A stretch of DNA of 64,000 nt from Nitrososphaerota archaeon (GTDB lineage Archaea; Thermoproteota; Nitrososphaeria; Nitrososphaerales; JACQRY01), in NCBI GenBank assembly GCA_016184315.1, contig JACPCU010000020.1, positions 21,025-85,024 on the forward strand. Direction: 5' to 3'. Shown here one piece after another: positions 1-7,876 of the stretch. Numbering within the stretch: position 1 is the first letter of the stretch; each line of letters starts with the position of its first letter. A program made the position numbers and the translations under genes. The notes under the pieces were generated by a model. The model was not told the DNA's origin. It was given only the letters and a program-made list of their open reading frames with translations, and made no database searches.

Positions 1-497
1 AACAACCAATTCCCTAGTCATGAAAGAAAGTTATGCTGCTTTTGATACTGGTAATGGAGTTAGCAATACGTTTGATTGTAGGGCTTTACCTAAAATCCGT
101 ACTGAAGAACTGGGACGAATTAGTAACGAAGCTGAATGTGCTTTCTCTCTATGTTCAGGGTTAGATTTCTGTCGGAGAACTGCTAATTCTGATACACCTA
201 AACCCTCAAATCAATCAACGGTAAAAGGCTTGACCGAAGAGAGCCATCTCAGGAGCTGGGAAACCAATCTTAATATGACGACAGAGCTTTTGCATCAATG
301 CCTCAATCACAATTATGAACCTAAAACGACATGAAGCTTTGAAAGGTTCCCGCAGATAACCAATATATCACCAAGCTGGCTTATTATCGCAATACTTGTC
401 ATCTTCTATTATTTCTTCGTTCAATATATACAGAAAATCAAAGCTGAAAGAAAACTAAATCAATAGGTATGAGCTTCAACTTCTAAGATAGTGCTTC

Positions 498-1481
498 ATG
501 AGTGTAAATCTTGAAAAACTTGACGGACATGGGTTTGAGGACCTAATTGAGAAACTCCTGATTAGGATGGGGTTCAAAACTGAGGGTAGGAAACCCACAG
601 CAGACGGAGGGATAGACATTGTTGCTATATCTGAAGAACCAATATTGAAGGGACGATACATTATCCAGTGCAAGAAGTGGCAGAGCCCAGTTTCTGTTCC
701 AGTCATCAGAGATCTCTACGGGGTGGTCAATGCTGAGAATGCTAACAAAGGAGTGTTGATAACAACCTCTAACTTTACTGCTGACGCTATCGAGTTTGCA
801 CGTGACAAGCCCATAGAGCTGATCGACGGTGCAAGATTAGACGAGCTCATTAGACAACACAGCTTATCCGAAACCACTCTAGGAGACAAGGCCATATCAT
901 CGAGACAGGCAGCTGCGGAATCATTGAGAGTAGAACTTTCAGGTCTTTCAGACCGATATAGAAGAAGAATCAATGAGGTAGAAAACAGCCTCAACGTCTT
1001 GCATTCAAAGGGGTTCGGCAGTGAATCGGAAAAGAGAACATACACAGCATACCGAAAGTTTACGCTTGAAGTAATGGAACGGATAGAAAATCGCTTCGTA
1101 GCCGTCTGTAAAAGTACAATAGACAATATGAAAAGTTCGTTAGAAGCTTCTGGGACGGCTAGACAATTAGGAAAACATCTGCAAGAATTAGCCGAATATG
1201 CTTTTGAAACATGGGAAAATATCAGACGTACTAATCCTCCCTCAGAATTTGCTAGATCACACAAAATATTGGAAGGCATTGCAGCACAAATACTGGAGAG
1301 TTTTCTAGATTTCCTGCACCAAGTCGAAGAATCTCTCAGCGACTACCTAACAGAAAAAGGAAAGATTGACCACTCAGTTACACTCAAACTCCACATTCCA
1401 CAATCCGAATGGGACGAGCTTGTGAGTAGTTGGAAAGATGCATACAGTCTAGTTTACAAAAGATTACGAATCACTTTTTAA
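498..1481 (+). CDS. Mrr-like (Mrr_cat) restriction endonuclease with unknown helical C-terminal domain
   Basis: FEDLIEKLL..GF...DGGIDIVA...IIQCKK...GVLITTSNFT..A..FA...IELIDG motifs. Confidence 0.85.
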   Translation: MSVNLEKLDGHGFEDLIEKLLIRMGFKTEGRKPTADGGIDIVAISEEPILKGRYIIQCKKWQSPVSVPVIRDLYGVVNAENANKGVLITTSNFTADAIEFARDKPIELIDGARLDELIRQHSLSETTLGDKAISSRQAAAESLRVELSGLSDRYRRRINEVENSLNVLHSKGFGSESEKRTYTAYRKFTLEVMERIENRFVAVCKSTIDNMKSSLEASGTARQLGKHLQELAEYAFETWENIRRTNPPSEFARSHKILEGIAAQILESFLDFLHQVEESLSDYLTEKGKIDHSVTLKLHIPQSEWDELVSSWKDAYSLVYKRLRITF

Positions 1482-1503
1482 TAGTTACCTAAGCCAAGCC
1501 TAC

Positions 1504-2496
1504 TCAAGTTATGATCAGAGACTTGACATCTAGCTCCTCAAGAACCTTCAGGTTAGCTTGATCGTAGATTTTCTTCAGTCTCTCAGGAGAATAATCAGAA
1601 TAATGACTAGCCAAGATCGATCTAGGGACTCTGCCACAGAAAAAATCAATCCACCTATCAGCCACACCTAGATCACTCATTTCATTACAGAACCATTCTC
1701 TAAGCATCTGAGCATTGATCTTTACACCAGACTTCTTACTGACACGGCTGAAAGCTCTCTGAGCTCCTCTTATCGAATAGCCAAATAATGTCTTATAGAC
1801 TCCTAACACATTAGTTATTTCTACACGAGCCTCTCGGTTGAAGAAAGCAATAGAAGAATTTCTCTTAGTCTCTCCCCTATGAATATCATTAGACAGCCTA
1901 ACCATATTTCTACTCGGATCAAGTTGATCCGAAGTTATTGAAAGGGCTTCACCTAATCTAAGTCCAGAGGAACTTAAGAATAGGAAAAGTGCCTTGAAAT
2001 GCACTGTATCAACATGCTCGTAAAATCGTTTCAATTCCTGCTTTGACGGGACAATAATCATCTTAGGAGCTGGTCTCACAAGCTTAAAGGACGATACTAG
2101 GTGAGGTGATCTAAGATAGTCTCTGAAAAAGACTCTAAACGACTTAATGTAATTACTCTTAGAAGCTGGTCTATCTTTGTATCCACTAAGAAATGCTCTT
2201 AGATCTTCATTGTTAATCTTTAAGAGAGGTTTATTTATGATCTTGATGAACCTGTTTATCCTCCATAAATGGTGCTCTTTAATGGTGCTCGGTGCTAGTC
2301 CTAAATCAACTTCTAGGTATCGTCTGAAGCCTTCTAGAACATCATCAACATTACTACTTTCCGTAATAGCATTACCAGAAACCGTAACCAGATATGTTAA
2401 AGTCCTAGCATCATAGGGCACACTCTCAAGTAAAAGGGGCTGTCGTCTAGTTTGGTCCAGGATTCCAGCCTCGGGAGCTGGCGACCGTGGGTTCAA
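1504..2496 (-). CDS. Tyrosine recombinase/integrase (true start uncertain; frame overlaps tRNA-Pro antisense)
   Basis: SSGLRLGEA (R), GETKR (K), QMLR (HxxR-like), FFCGR, HYSDY (Y); N-terminal SAM-like domain. Confidence 0.9.
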   Translation of the reverse strand: MNPRSPAPEAGILDQTRRQPLLLESVPYDARTLTYLVTVSGNAITESSNVDDVLEGFRRYLEVDLGLAPSTIKEHHLWRINRFIKIINKPLLKINNEDLRAFLSGYKDRPASKSNYIKSFRVFFRDYLRSPHLVSSFKLVRPAPKMIIVPSKQELKRFYEHVDTVHFKALFLFLSSSGLRLGEALSITSDQLDPSRNMVRLSNDIHRGETKRNSSIAFFNREARVEITNVLGVYKTLFGYSIRGAQRAFSRVSKKSGVKINAQMLREWFCNEMSDLGVADRWIDFFCGRVPRSILASHYSDYSPERLKKIYDQANLKVLEELDVKSLIIT

Positions 2497-2511
2497 ATCC
2501 CACCAGCCCCA
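2436..2511 (+). tRNA. tRNA-Pro(CGG)
   Basis: Acceptor stem GGGGCTG/CAGCCCC-A; anticodon arm CCAGC-CT CGG GA-GCTGG; T arm GTGGG-TTCAAAT-CCCAC. Confidence 0.95.
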
Positions 2512-2554
2512 CTCCGAATCTCTTGTTCCTGCCTGACGCGACCTAACAACTTAT

Positions 2555-2752
2555 TTGATCATGACCAGTACTGAAGCCAAGTTACGCAGGATCGAAGAAA
2601 AATTGGAAGGGCTGGAGGAAACTATCGAAGTCTTGGCAGAACCTAAGTTACTCCGCGGAATAAAGCGGGCGTTAGACGACATTGCTGAGGGTAGATACCG
2701 AGACTACGATGACGTCGAGCAATTTAGAGCTACGTTCGAATCCAAGGTATGA
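2555..2752 (+). CDS. Antitoxin (RelB-like)
   Basis: 65-aa acidic protein with ETIEVLAEPKLLRGIKRALDDIAEGR motif; ATGA overlap with RelE toxin. Confidence 0.75.
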   Translation: MIMTSTEAKLRRIEEKLEGLEETIEVLAEPKLLRGIKRALDDIAEGRYRDYDDVEQFRATFESKV

Positions 2753-3006
2753 AGTATCGTCTCAGAGTTCCGAACACCTTTGAGCGCGAGTTAAGAAGAC
2801 TCGGTCAGCAAGATAAGGATAGAGTCTGGAAGACTATAGGAGAGATTCAAGAATCTCCGTATTCGTACAAGTTCCTAACAGGACAGCTCACCGGCACTAA
2901 ATCTGCCAGAGTTGGAAATATCAGGATAATATTTGCAATCGACGAGCATGCGAAACGAATATTACTGCTTCACATAGGTTATAGAGGAAAAGTATACGAA
3001 CATTGA
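2749..3006 (+). CDS. RelE/ParE-family toxin
   Basis: 85-aa basic protein; FERELRRL...P...K.LTG...SARVGNIRIIFAID...LLHIGYRGKVY. Confidence 0.85.
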   Translation: MKYRLRVPNTFERELRRLGQQDKDRVWKTIGEIQESPYSYKFLTGQLTGTKSARVGNIRIIFAIDEHAKRILLLHIGYRGKVYEH

Positions 3007-3047
3007 AGGCTGATATCTGACTTGAGACAATTCTTTGGGCTAGAGTT

Positions 3048-3071
3048 TTCAAATCTTACCACACCCATTCC
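3048..3071 (+). repeat. Degenerate copy of tRNA-Pro 3' end (att-like scar 1)
   Basis: ttcaaatcttaccacacccattcc vs 2492-2515 ttcaaatcccaccagccccactcc (19/24). Confidence 0.55.
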
Positions 3072-3237
3072 TTAAGATAGGTTGCTAGGTGTATAGAATG
3101 ATCGACCTATGGACAGTTGACTTACCATTCTGTAGGCATCATAAGCCAACGCAAAGACAATGAATACAAAAGTCCAAGACCACGTAAAAAGAACACAAGA
3201 GGATGTCGAAGAGATGAACGCCTTGAGTGACAAGTGA

Positions 3238-3411
3238 TCAACGAACTGTCCACGGCTTGAGTAATATGCATCTTGCGGGTGTCATTCCTCTGCCTTCGAC
3301 GACTATCTCTGTTGCCCTGTGACCATCTGTGTAGGAAACAACTCTTTCAGAAACTTTCTTCCTACAGTAGCACACTATCTTTTCACCAATGATCTCCTGA
3401 CGCTCAGTCAA
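3238..3411 (-). CDS. Small hypothetical protein (57 aa)
   Basis: TTG start preceded by GGAGG; MTERQEIIGEKIVCYCRKKVSERVVSY...; start overlaps stop of upstream small ORF. Confidence 0.4.
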   Translation of the reverse strand: MTERQEIIGEKIVCYCRKKVSERVVSYTDGHRATEIVVEGRGMTPARCILLKPWTVR

Positions 3412-3539
3412 TGTTTACTTCCTCCCATTAATGGGACTTCGTATGTTGCTTCCGCTGCTTTACCCTTCTTGCGAAGCCGCTCCAAAGCTTCCAGCACCTC
3501 TAATACTGATATCCAGTACCCATCTGCGCCGTTGCTCAC
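3408..3539 (-). CDS. Small hypothetical protein (43 aa)
   Basis: GTG start, MSNGADGYWISVLEVLEALERLRKKG...; coupled to 3238-3411. Confidence 0.3.
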   Translation of the reverse strand: MSNGADGYWISVLEVLEALERLRKKGKAAEATYEVPLMGGSKH

Positions 3540-3637
3540 ATTAGGTAGGCATCGCTACCACTCTGCCCGTGTAAGACTGCTCAGTAGACTGCGGCGTTAT
3601 CGATCAATTTATAGAAGACCAAGAAACAAGGAAAACC

Positions 3638-3826
3638 ATGCCAGTAGTTCAAGTTGAAATGTGGACGGGGAGAACCGACGGAGAGAAGGAGAAATTGATG
3701 AAGGGCATATCAAAAGCCTTCGAAGAAATCGGAGTGAAGCCGGAAAGACTGACGATAATCATCCATGAAAACCCGAAGAGCAACTGGGGCACGGGAGGAC
3801 AGCCAGCGTCGAAGACGAGTCACTAA
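3638..3826 (+). CDS. 4-oxalocrotonate tautomerase family protein
   Basis: Pro1 after Met (MPVVQVEMWTGRT), C-terminal NWGTGG. Confidence 0.9.
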   Translation: MPVVQVEMWTGRTDGEKEKLMKGISKAFEEIGVKPERLTIIIHENPKSNWGTGGQPASKTSH

Positions 3827-4034
3827 CAACCTCGTCCCATCGCAAAACAAAAATGTATTCTGCCACTTCGGCAGGAAAACAGACTTAACGTGGGAACTCG
3901 AAAGCTACGGCTTTTCTACGTCTTCATGGTAATGCTTCTCGCCGTTTTCCCAAATGGAACATATTGCCCTTATGGGCAAAAGCATCTATTGACAATACGC
4001 GGTCAAGTGAGGCAGATAGAATTAAGCCGACATA

Positions 4035-4058
4035 GGTTCAAATCCCAACGGGCCCACT
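4035..4058 (+). repeat. Degenerate copy of tRNA-Pro 3' end (att-like scar 2)
   Basis: ggttcaaatcccaacgggcccact vs 2490-2513 ggttcaaatcccaccagccccact (21/24). Confidence 0.75.
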
Positions 4059-4139
4059 TGCGCACATGGACCCAATAGCTTAGGTCTTGCATTTTTATTC
4101 GCAAGGCTTATAAGTCGTCCACACACATACACACACAGA

Positions 4140-4373
4140 ATGGGAACGAAGAACATAGCTATCTCCGAAGAGGCCTACCAAAGACTCAAAGCTATAAGGA
4201 AGCCTAGGGAAAGCTTCACCGAGGTCATCGAGAGAATCACCCGCAGCAGAAGCATCCTAGAGTTGGCGGGTGTGTTGTCGAAGACCGAAGGGGCTGAACT
4301 GAAGAGCATGATCAAAAAAATTCGCGCGGAACGCTCTAAACGGATACATGAGACAATCCAAAGGTTGCACTGA
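4140..4373 (+). CDS. VapB-type antitoxin (DUF217-like)
   Basis: TKNIAISEEAYQRLK..RKPRESFTEVIER; directly upstream of PIN toxin. Confidence 0.85.
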   Translation: MGTKNIAISEEAYQRLKAIRKPRESFTEVIERITRSRSILELAGVLSKTEGAELKSMIKKIRAERSKRIHETIQRLH

Positions 4374-4375
4374 GC

Positions 4376-4768
4376 TTGCTTGTCGATACCACCTTCATAA
4401 TCGACATTATGCTTAACGATAAAGCTGCAATTAGAAAAGCGCAAGAGCTGGCTGACACATCCACCCCTCTAATTGTTGGAGCCCCAACCATATTCGAACT
4501 GTATGTCGGAGTCGGATTAAGCGTGAAGTCCCAAGAGGAGAAAGTAAAGATTCTTGATGTACTAAAATCGCTTACTCACCTGCCTCTAGACAACCAGTCA
4601 GCGTCAAGAGCCGGACTTATCTACGCTGAAAGAACCAGACAAGCTAGAAAGATCGATACCGAAGACGCAATGCTGGCAGGCATTGCCATTGAAAATCACC
4701 AGCCATTGCTCACTAGAAACATAAAGGATTTCGCCGGAATATCCGAGCTAAGAGTCGAAAGCTACTAG
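4376..4768 (+). CDS. VapC PIN-domain toxin
   Basis: DTTFIID...FEL..G...DAMLAGIA...LLTRNIKDF. Confidence 0.9.
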   Translation: MLVDTTFIIDIMLNDKAAIRKAQELADTSTPLIVGAPTIFELYVGVGLSVKSQEEKVKILDVLKSLTHLPLDNQSASRAGLIYAERTRQARKIDTEDAMLAGIAIENHQPLLTRNIKDFAGISELRVESY

Positions 4769-4832
4769 TGGGACAGCTAGGAAATCCTGATATTGAGCAC
4801 ATTCACTCCCTAATACCGTTTGTCCAGCCAAA

Positions 4833-4854
4833 TTCAAATTCTAACCTGCCGCAC
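4833..4854 (+). repeat. Highly degenerate tRNA-Pro 3'-end copy (possible scar 3)
   Basis: ttcaaattctaacctgccgcac aligns to ttcaaatcccaccagccccac with one gap and several mismatches. Confidence 0.3.
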
Positions 4855-4920
4855 CCAGATTGGTGCGTTTTGACTTATACATATGGAAGCATAGGCATCT
4901 GCTTAATCTTTTAGCCGGAC

Positions 4921-4936
4921 CCCACCGGCCCCACCA
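4921..4936 (+). repeat. Partial tRNA-Pro 3'-end copy (scar 4)
   Basis: cccaccggccccac(ca) vs 2499-2512 cccaccagccccac (13/14), ends in CCA. Confidence 0.55.
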
Positions 4937-4988
4937 CTTGGAAAAGCTGTGAAAGAAATATTTGCGAGATCACAAAGACGAATAAGAG

Positions 4989-5397
4989 TTGAAAGAAGAA
5001 TCTTTACCGCTTTGTTGAGGCTTTCCTTAGAAGCCCAGAACTTGGCTGTTTTAAGACGGCTAAGAAAGCTGGCACACTGTTTGTCGGATTTGCGGACGTG
5101 ATTGGTGTCAGAGAAGTAGGAGGAGATGTCAGAGGCGTCGTGATTGACAGAACAAACCCACGGAACATGCTATCAAATCCCAACTGGAGGCAAAAATTGG
5201 ACCTAATTACTTCTAGATTTGAGGAGCACCGTACTCGCGTCGAAATTGCAGTTCGAAGCAAGGAGATTTATCTACGCTCGGATGGATTCTATGCTTTTCG
5301 AAACACTGAATTTCCTGAGGAGATCGATGCTATGAGAATGTCAATAGTCCTATTATTCAATGAATTGTTAAAAGAGGCAGGGATTCGAACCTATTAG
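4989..5397 (+). pseudogene. Degraded PD-(D/E)XK nuclease-like remnant
   Basis: Frame upstream of 5098 reads LYRFVEAFL...GCFKT...GFADVIGVREVGGD; TTG at 4989 is out of frame; no E-x-K motif follows. Confidence 0.35.
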
Positions 5398-5660
5398 AGG
5401 AATTAGGACTTTCGGAAATGGCAGTCTCTTGTGGATGCCCCCCGTAAAAACCTCAATCACGCATTTCTCGACGGCGTTTCTTCTCTTTGCAAAAGACGCA
5501 AAATGACCTGAGTCTTTCCGATCACAATAGAGAGATAAGCAGATATCATACAGCTCAATGCGCAGAATTACCCGTTGTTATAAGTAAATGCAAACAGCCC
5601 TTGTTTTAAGTTTGTAGCATGACTTAGCTTAAATAGTTTAGACAATATTTCACCGGCGTC

Positions 5661-7727
5661 ATGCAGCCCTCCTCCAAACGCGTCAAGGGCATCTTCTCCG
5701 TCATCGCGTCTCCCAACCGCCTTGAGATACTCCGAATCCTGAACACCCGCGGACCCCTAAGCTACTCAGACCTGAAAATGATGGCAGGATTCAAATCAAA
5801 AAAAGAGTCAGGAAAATTTGCCTACCATCTACGCAAACTCGTCAGAGTAGCACTCGTCTCACTCAACAGATCTGAAAGAAAATACATAGTCACCAACCTA
5901 GGAAGATTGGTGCTCAACCAAGCTAGGCAGCTCGAAGAGCAATCGATGCTGGAGAGCGGACGCCTCTACGTGCGCACATCCAGACAAATGATGGAGGAGT
6001 TCAACGCAGACCGCATCCTCCAATCCCTTGTAAGAGAATCAGGCATGCCCATGGACCTAGCTCAAAGAATAACCAGCGAAGCAGAGCAACGCCTACACAA
6101 ATTCCAAACAAACTATCTGACAGGCCCACTAATACGCGAACTAGTCAACGCCCTCCTAATAGAACAGGGCCTTGAAGAATACCGCCACAAACTCACCAGA
6201 CTAGGTCTGCCCGTCTACGATGTAACCCAACTGGTAGACAAAGCCGGGGAATCAGGACAAGGAGTAGGCGCGTTGATCGAGACCACTGCAAGAGCAGTAC
6301 TATCAGAATACTTGCTTCTTGCTCGCCTACCGAAAGACGTCGCGGACGCCCATCTGAACGGCGATATTCACATAGCCAGAGCAGGAGTTTGGGGACTCAA
6401 GCCTGACAACATCTTCGTAGACGCTGCAACTTTGGCTGACTTCTCTTTGAAGGGCAGGGTTCTGCAGGCTCCCCGATTGAAGCCGGCTGAAGACTTGGAT
6501 GGCGCGTTGAGCCATTTCGCAAACGCGTCACTTCTGATTTCAAGGGAGGCTGCCGTTGAAGCATGCTTCGAAGGACTAGCGCCCTACTTGGCCAAGTACT
6601 CGAACGGATCCGGAGAAGACCTGCGTAGAAGTCTCAGGCGGACCCTGTTTGAAATGGGTGTGGCTGCCAGCAGGCATGGTGACGACGGCTTCATCACCCT
6701 TGTAGCCAAAAACAGCGGCGAAGAAGATGAACGTAGAATAGTCGATGTTCTCATAGGTGCATACGGAGACTACGTTGAAGCCACTCCAAACCCAATGATC
6801 AAACTGGTCTACCACGACGTAGACGGAGGAAGCAAACAACAGCTACCCGAGGGCCTTGTAAACCTGGTAGCTCAGGGAGTGGACATAGCTGTCTGCAGAG
6901 GCCCCCGAGCCCGATCATACATCGGCCTAGCCAAGAACATTCTGCCAGCAGAGATCTCCTCAGGCTTCTCCTCTGTGCACTCATTGTCCGTTAATCTACC
7001 GAGACTCTCCTACGAATCCAGCAAAGATGACACCTACTTCAAAGCCAAGTTGGCGATGCAGCTCAACATAGCCGTCCAAGCATTAGACAACAGGAGAAGG
7101 ATGATGAACGAGTCAACCAAAAAAGGACTCCTCCCAACACTATCATCCAACCCCAGCATCGTCACCATGGAAACAATGCCTCTGTTCGTCAACCTGATCG
7201 GCCTGGACGACGCCTTGGCTCAGCTAGCCGGAGACAAAGCAACAGGCTCCACAAGAAACAAGATGGTTGAAGGAATAGTTCAAACAGCCCTGAAAGTCTC
7301 GGCTGACAGAGGCCTAAAGATAGGCGAAACCATCGGCGTATCTATTCTCGAAGACGACTCCGCGTCAAGGTTCGCAGCAATAGACGCTGACCGCTACGGC
7401 AAACTAGGAAGCGGCCCCACAGGAGGAAAACACTACAGCCACGGCGCCGTACTCTCTTCAGAAGATCTGGATGACGCGGAAACAGTGGAACGAGTCAGCA
7501 TGCTTTCAACCAAGCTGAACGGAGGCTTCCACGCCTCCTTCACACCTGACAAAGGCGAAGCCCTTGCTGAACTGATGGCCAAGGCGAACAAACATCTGTC
7601 CTATTACCGCGTTCAGCCCAAACAATCTATCTGCAAGAACTGCGGCGCAAAGATGATCGGATATGTCGGCAGATGCAGAAATTGCAGATCAATGAGCCTA
7701 ATCCATGCCCCAATGCCCGAAAATTGA
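5661..7727 (+). CDS. ArsR-like wHTH + ATP cone + degenerate class III RNR (NrdD-like) barrel + Zn ribbon
   Basis: RLEILRIL...GKFAYHLRKL; VRTS...EEFNADRILQSLVRE; AHLNGDIHI, VNLPRL, RFAAID..RYG; CxxC..CxxC; no C-terminal RxxGY. Confidence 0.85.
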   Translation: MQPSSKRVKGIFSVIASPNRLEILRILNTRGPLSYSDLKMMAGFKSKKESGKFAYHLRKLVRVALVSLNRSERKYIVTNLGRLVLNQARQLEEQSMLESGRLYVRTSRQMMEEFNADRILQSLVRESGMPMDLAQRITSEAEQRLHKFQTNYLTGPLIRELVNALLIEQGLEEYRHKLTRLGLPVYDVTQLVDKAGESGQGVGALIETTARAVLSEYLLLARLPKDVADAHLNGDIHIARAGVWGLKPDNIFVDAATLADFSLKGRVLQAPRLKPAEDLDGALSHFANASLLISREAAVEACFEGLAPYLAKYSNGSGEDLRRSLRRTLFEMGVAASRHGDDGFITLVAKNSGEEDERRIVDVLIGAYGDYVEATPNPMIKLVYHDVDGGSKQQLPEGLVNLVAQGVDIAVCRGPRARSYIGLAKNILPAEISSGFSSVHSLSVNLPRLSYESSKDDTYFKAKLAMQLNIAVQALDNRRRMMNESTKKGLLPTLSSNPSIVTMETMPLFVNLIGLDDALAQLAGDKATGSTRNKMVEGIVQTALKVSADRGLKIGETIGVSILEDDSASRFAAIDADRYGKLGSGPTGGKHYSHGAVLSSEDLDDAETVERVSMLSTKLNGGFHASFTPDKGEALAELMAKANKHLSYYRVQPKQSICKNCGAKMIGYVGRCRNCRSMSLIHAPMPEN

Positions 7728-7793
7728 CAAGAAGATTGAACTAGAAAAGTCAGTCATGAGACGATCAGTTCTTGTCAATAACGTTTCGTCTCA
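7723..7793. promoter_or_regulatory. Two interleaved inverted repeats upstream of nrdJ
   Basis: attgacaagaa 7723-33 / ttcttgtcaat 7769-79; tgagacga 7757-64 / tcgtctca 7786-93. Confidence 0.45.
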
Positions 7794-7876
7794 ACGTATG
7801 ATCACTGTAGCGAAGAACAGGTAAACTTTTTTTCAACCGAACCATAGATATATCTGCTCATCGTCGGGGGTTTGCT

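Larger units (their letters stand above)
1..2511. mobile_element. Right end of an integrated element (Mrr-like nuclease + tyrosine integrase) abutting tRNA-Pro; left end outside window
   Basis: Integrase adjoins and overlaps a tRNA; defence cargo; visibly more AT-rich than core genes. Confidence 0.65.

Noticed and set aside
20..467. ORF 20-334 with in-frame hydrophobic continuation after TGA
   Set aside because: No recognisable motif and lies at the window edge; cannot distinguish a pseudogene from noise
5380..5391. gggattcgaacc (antisense tRNA T-loop-like)
   Set aside because: 12-nt match inside an ORF with no supporting acceptor-stem match; likely chance
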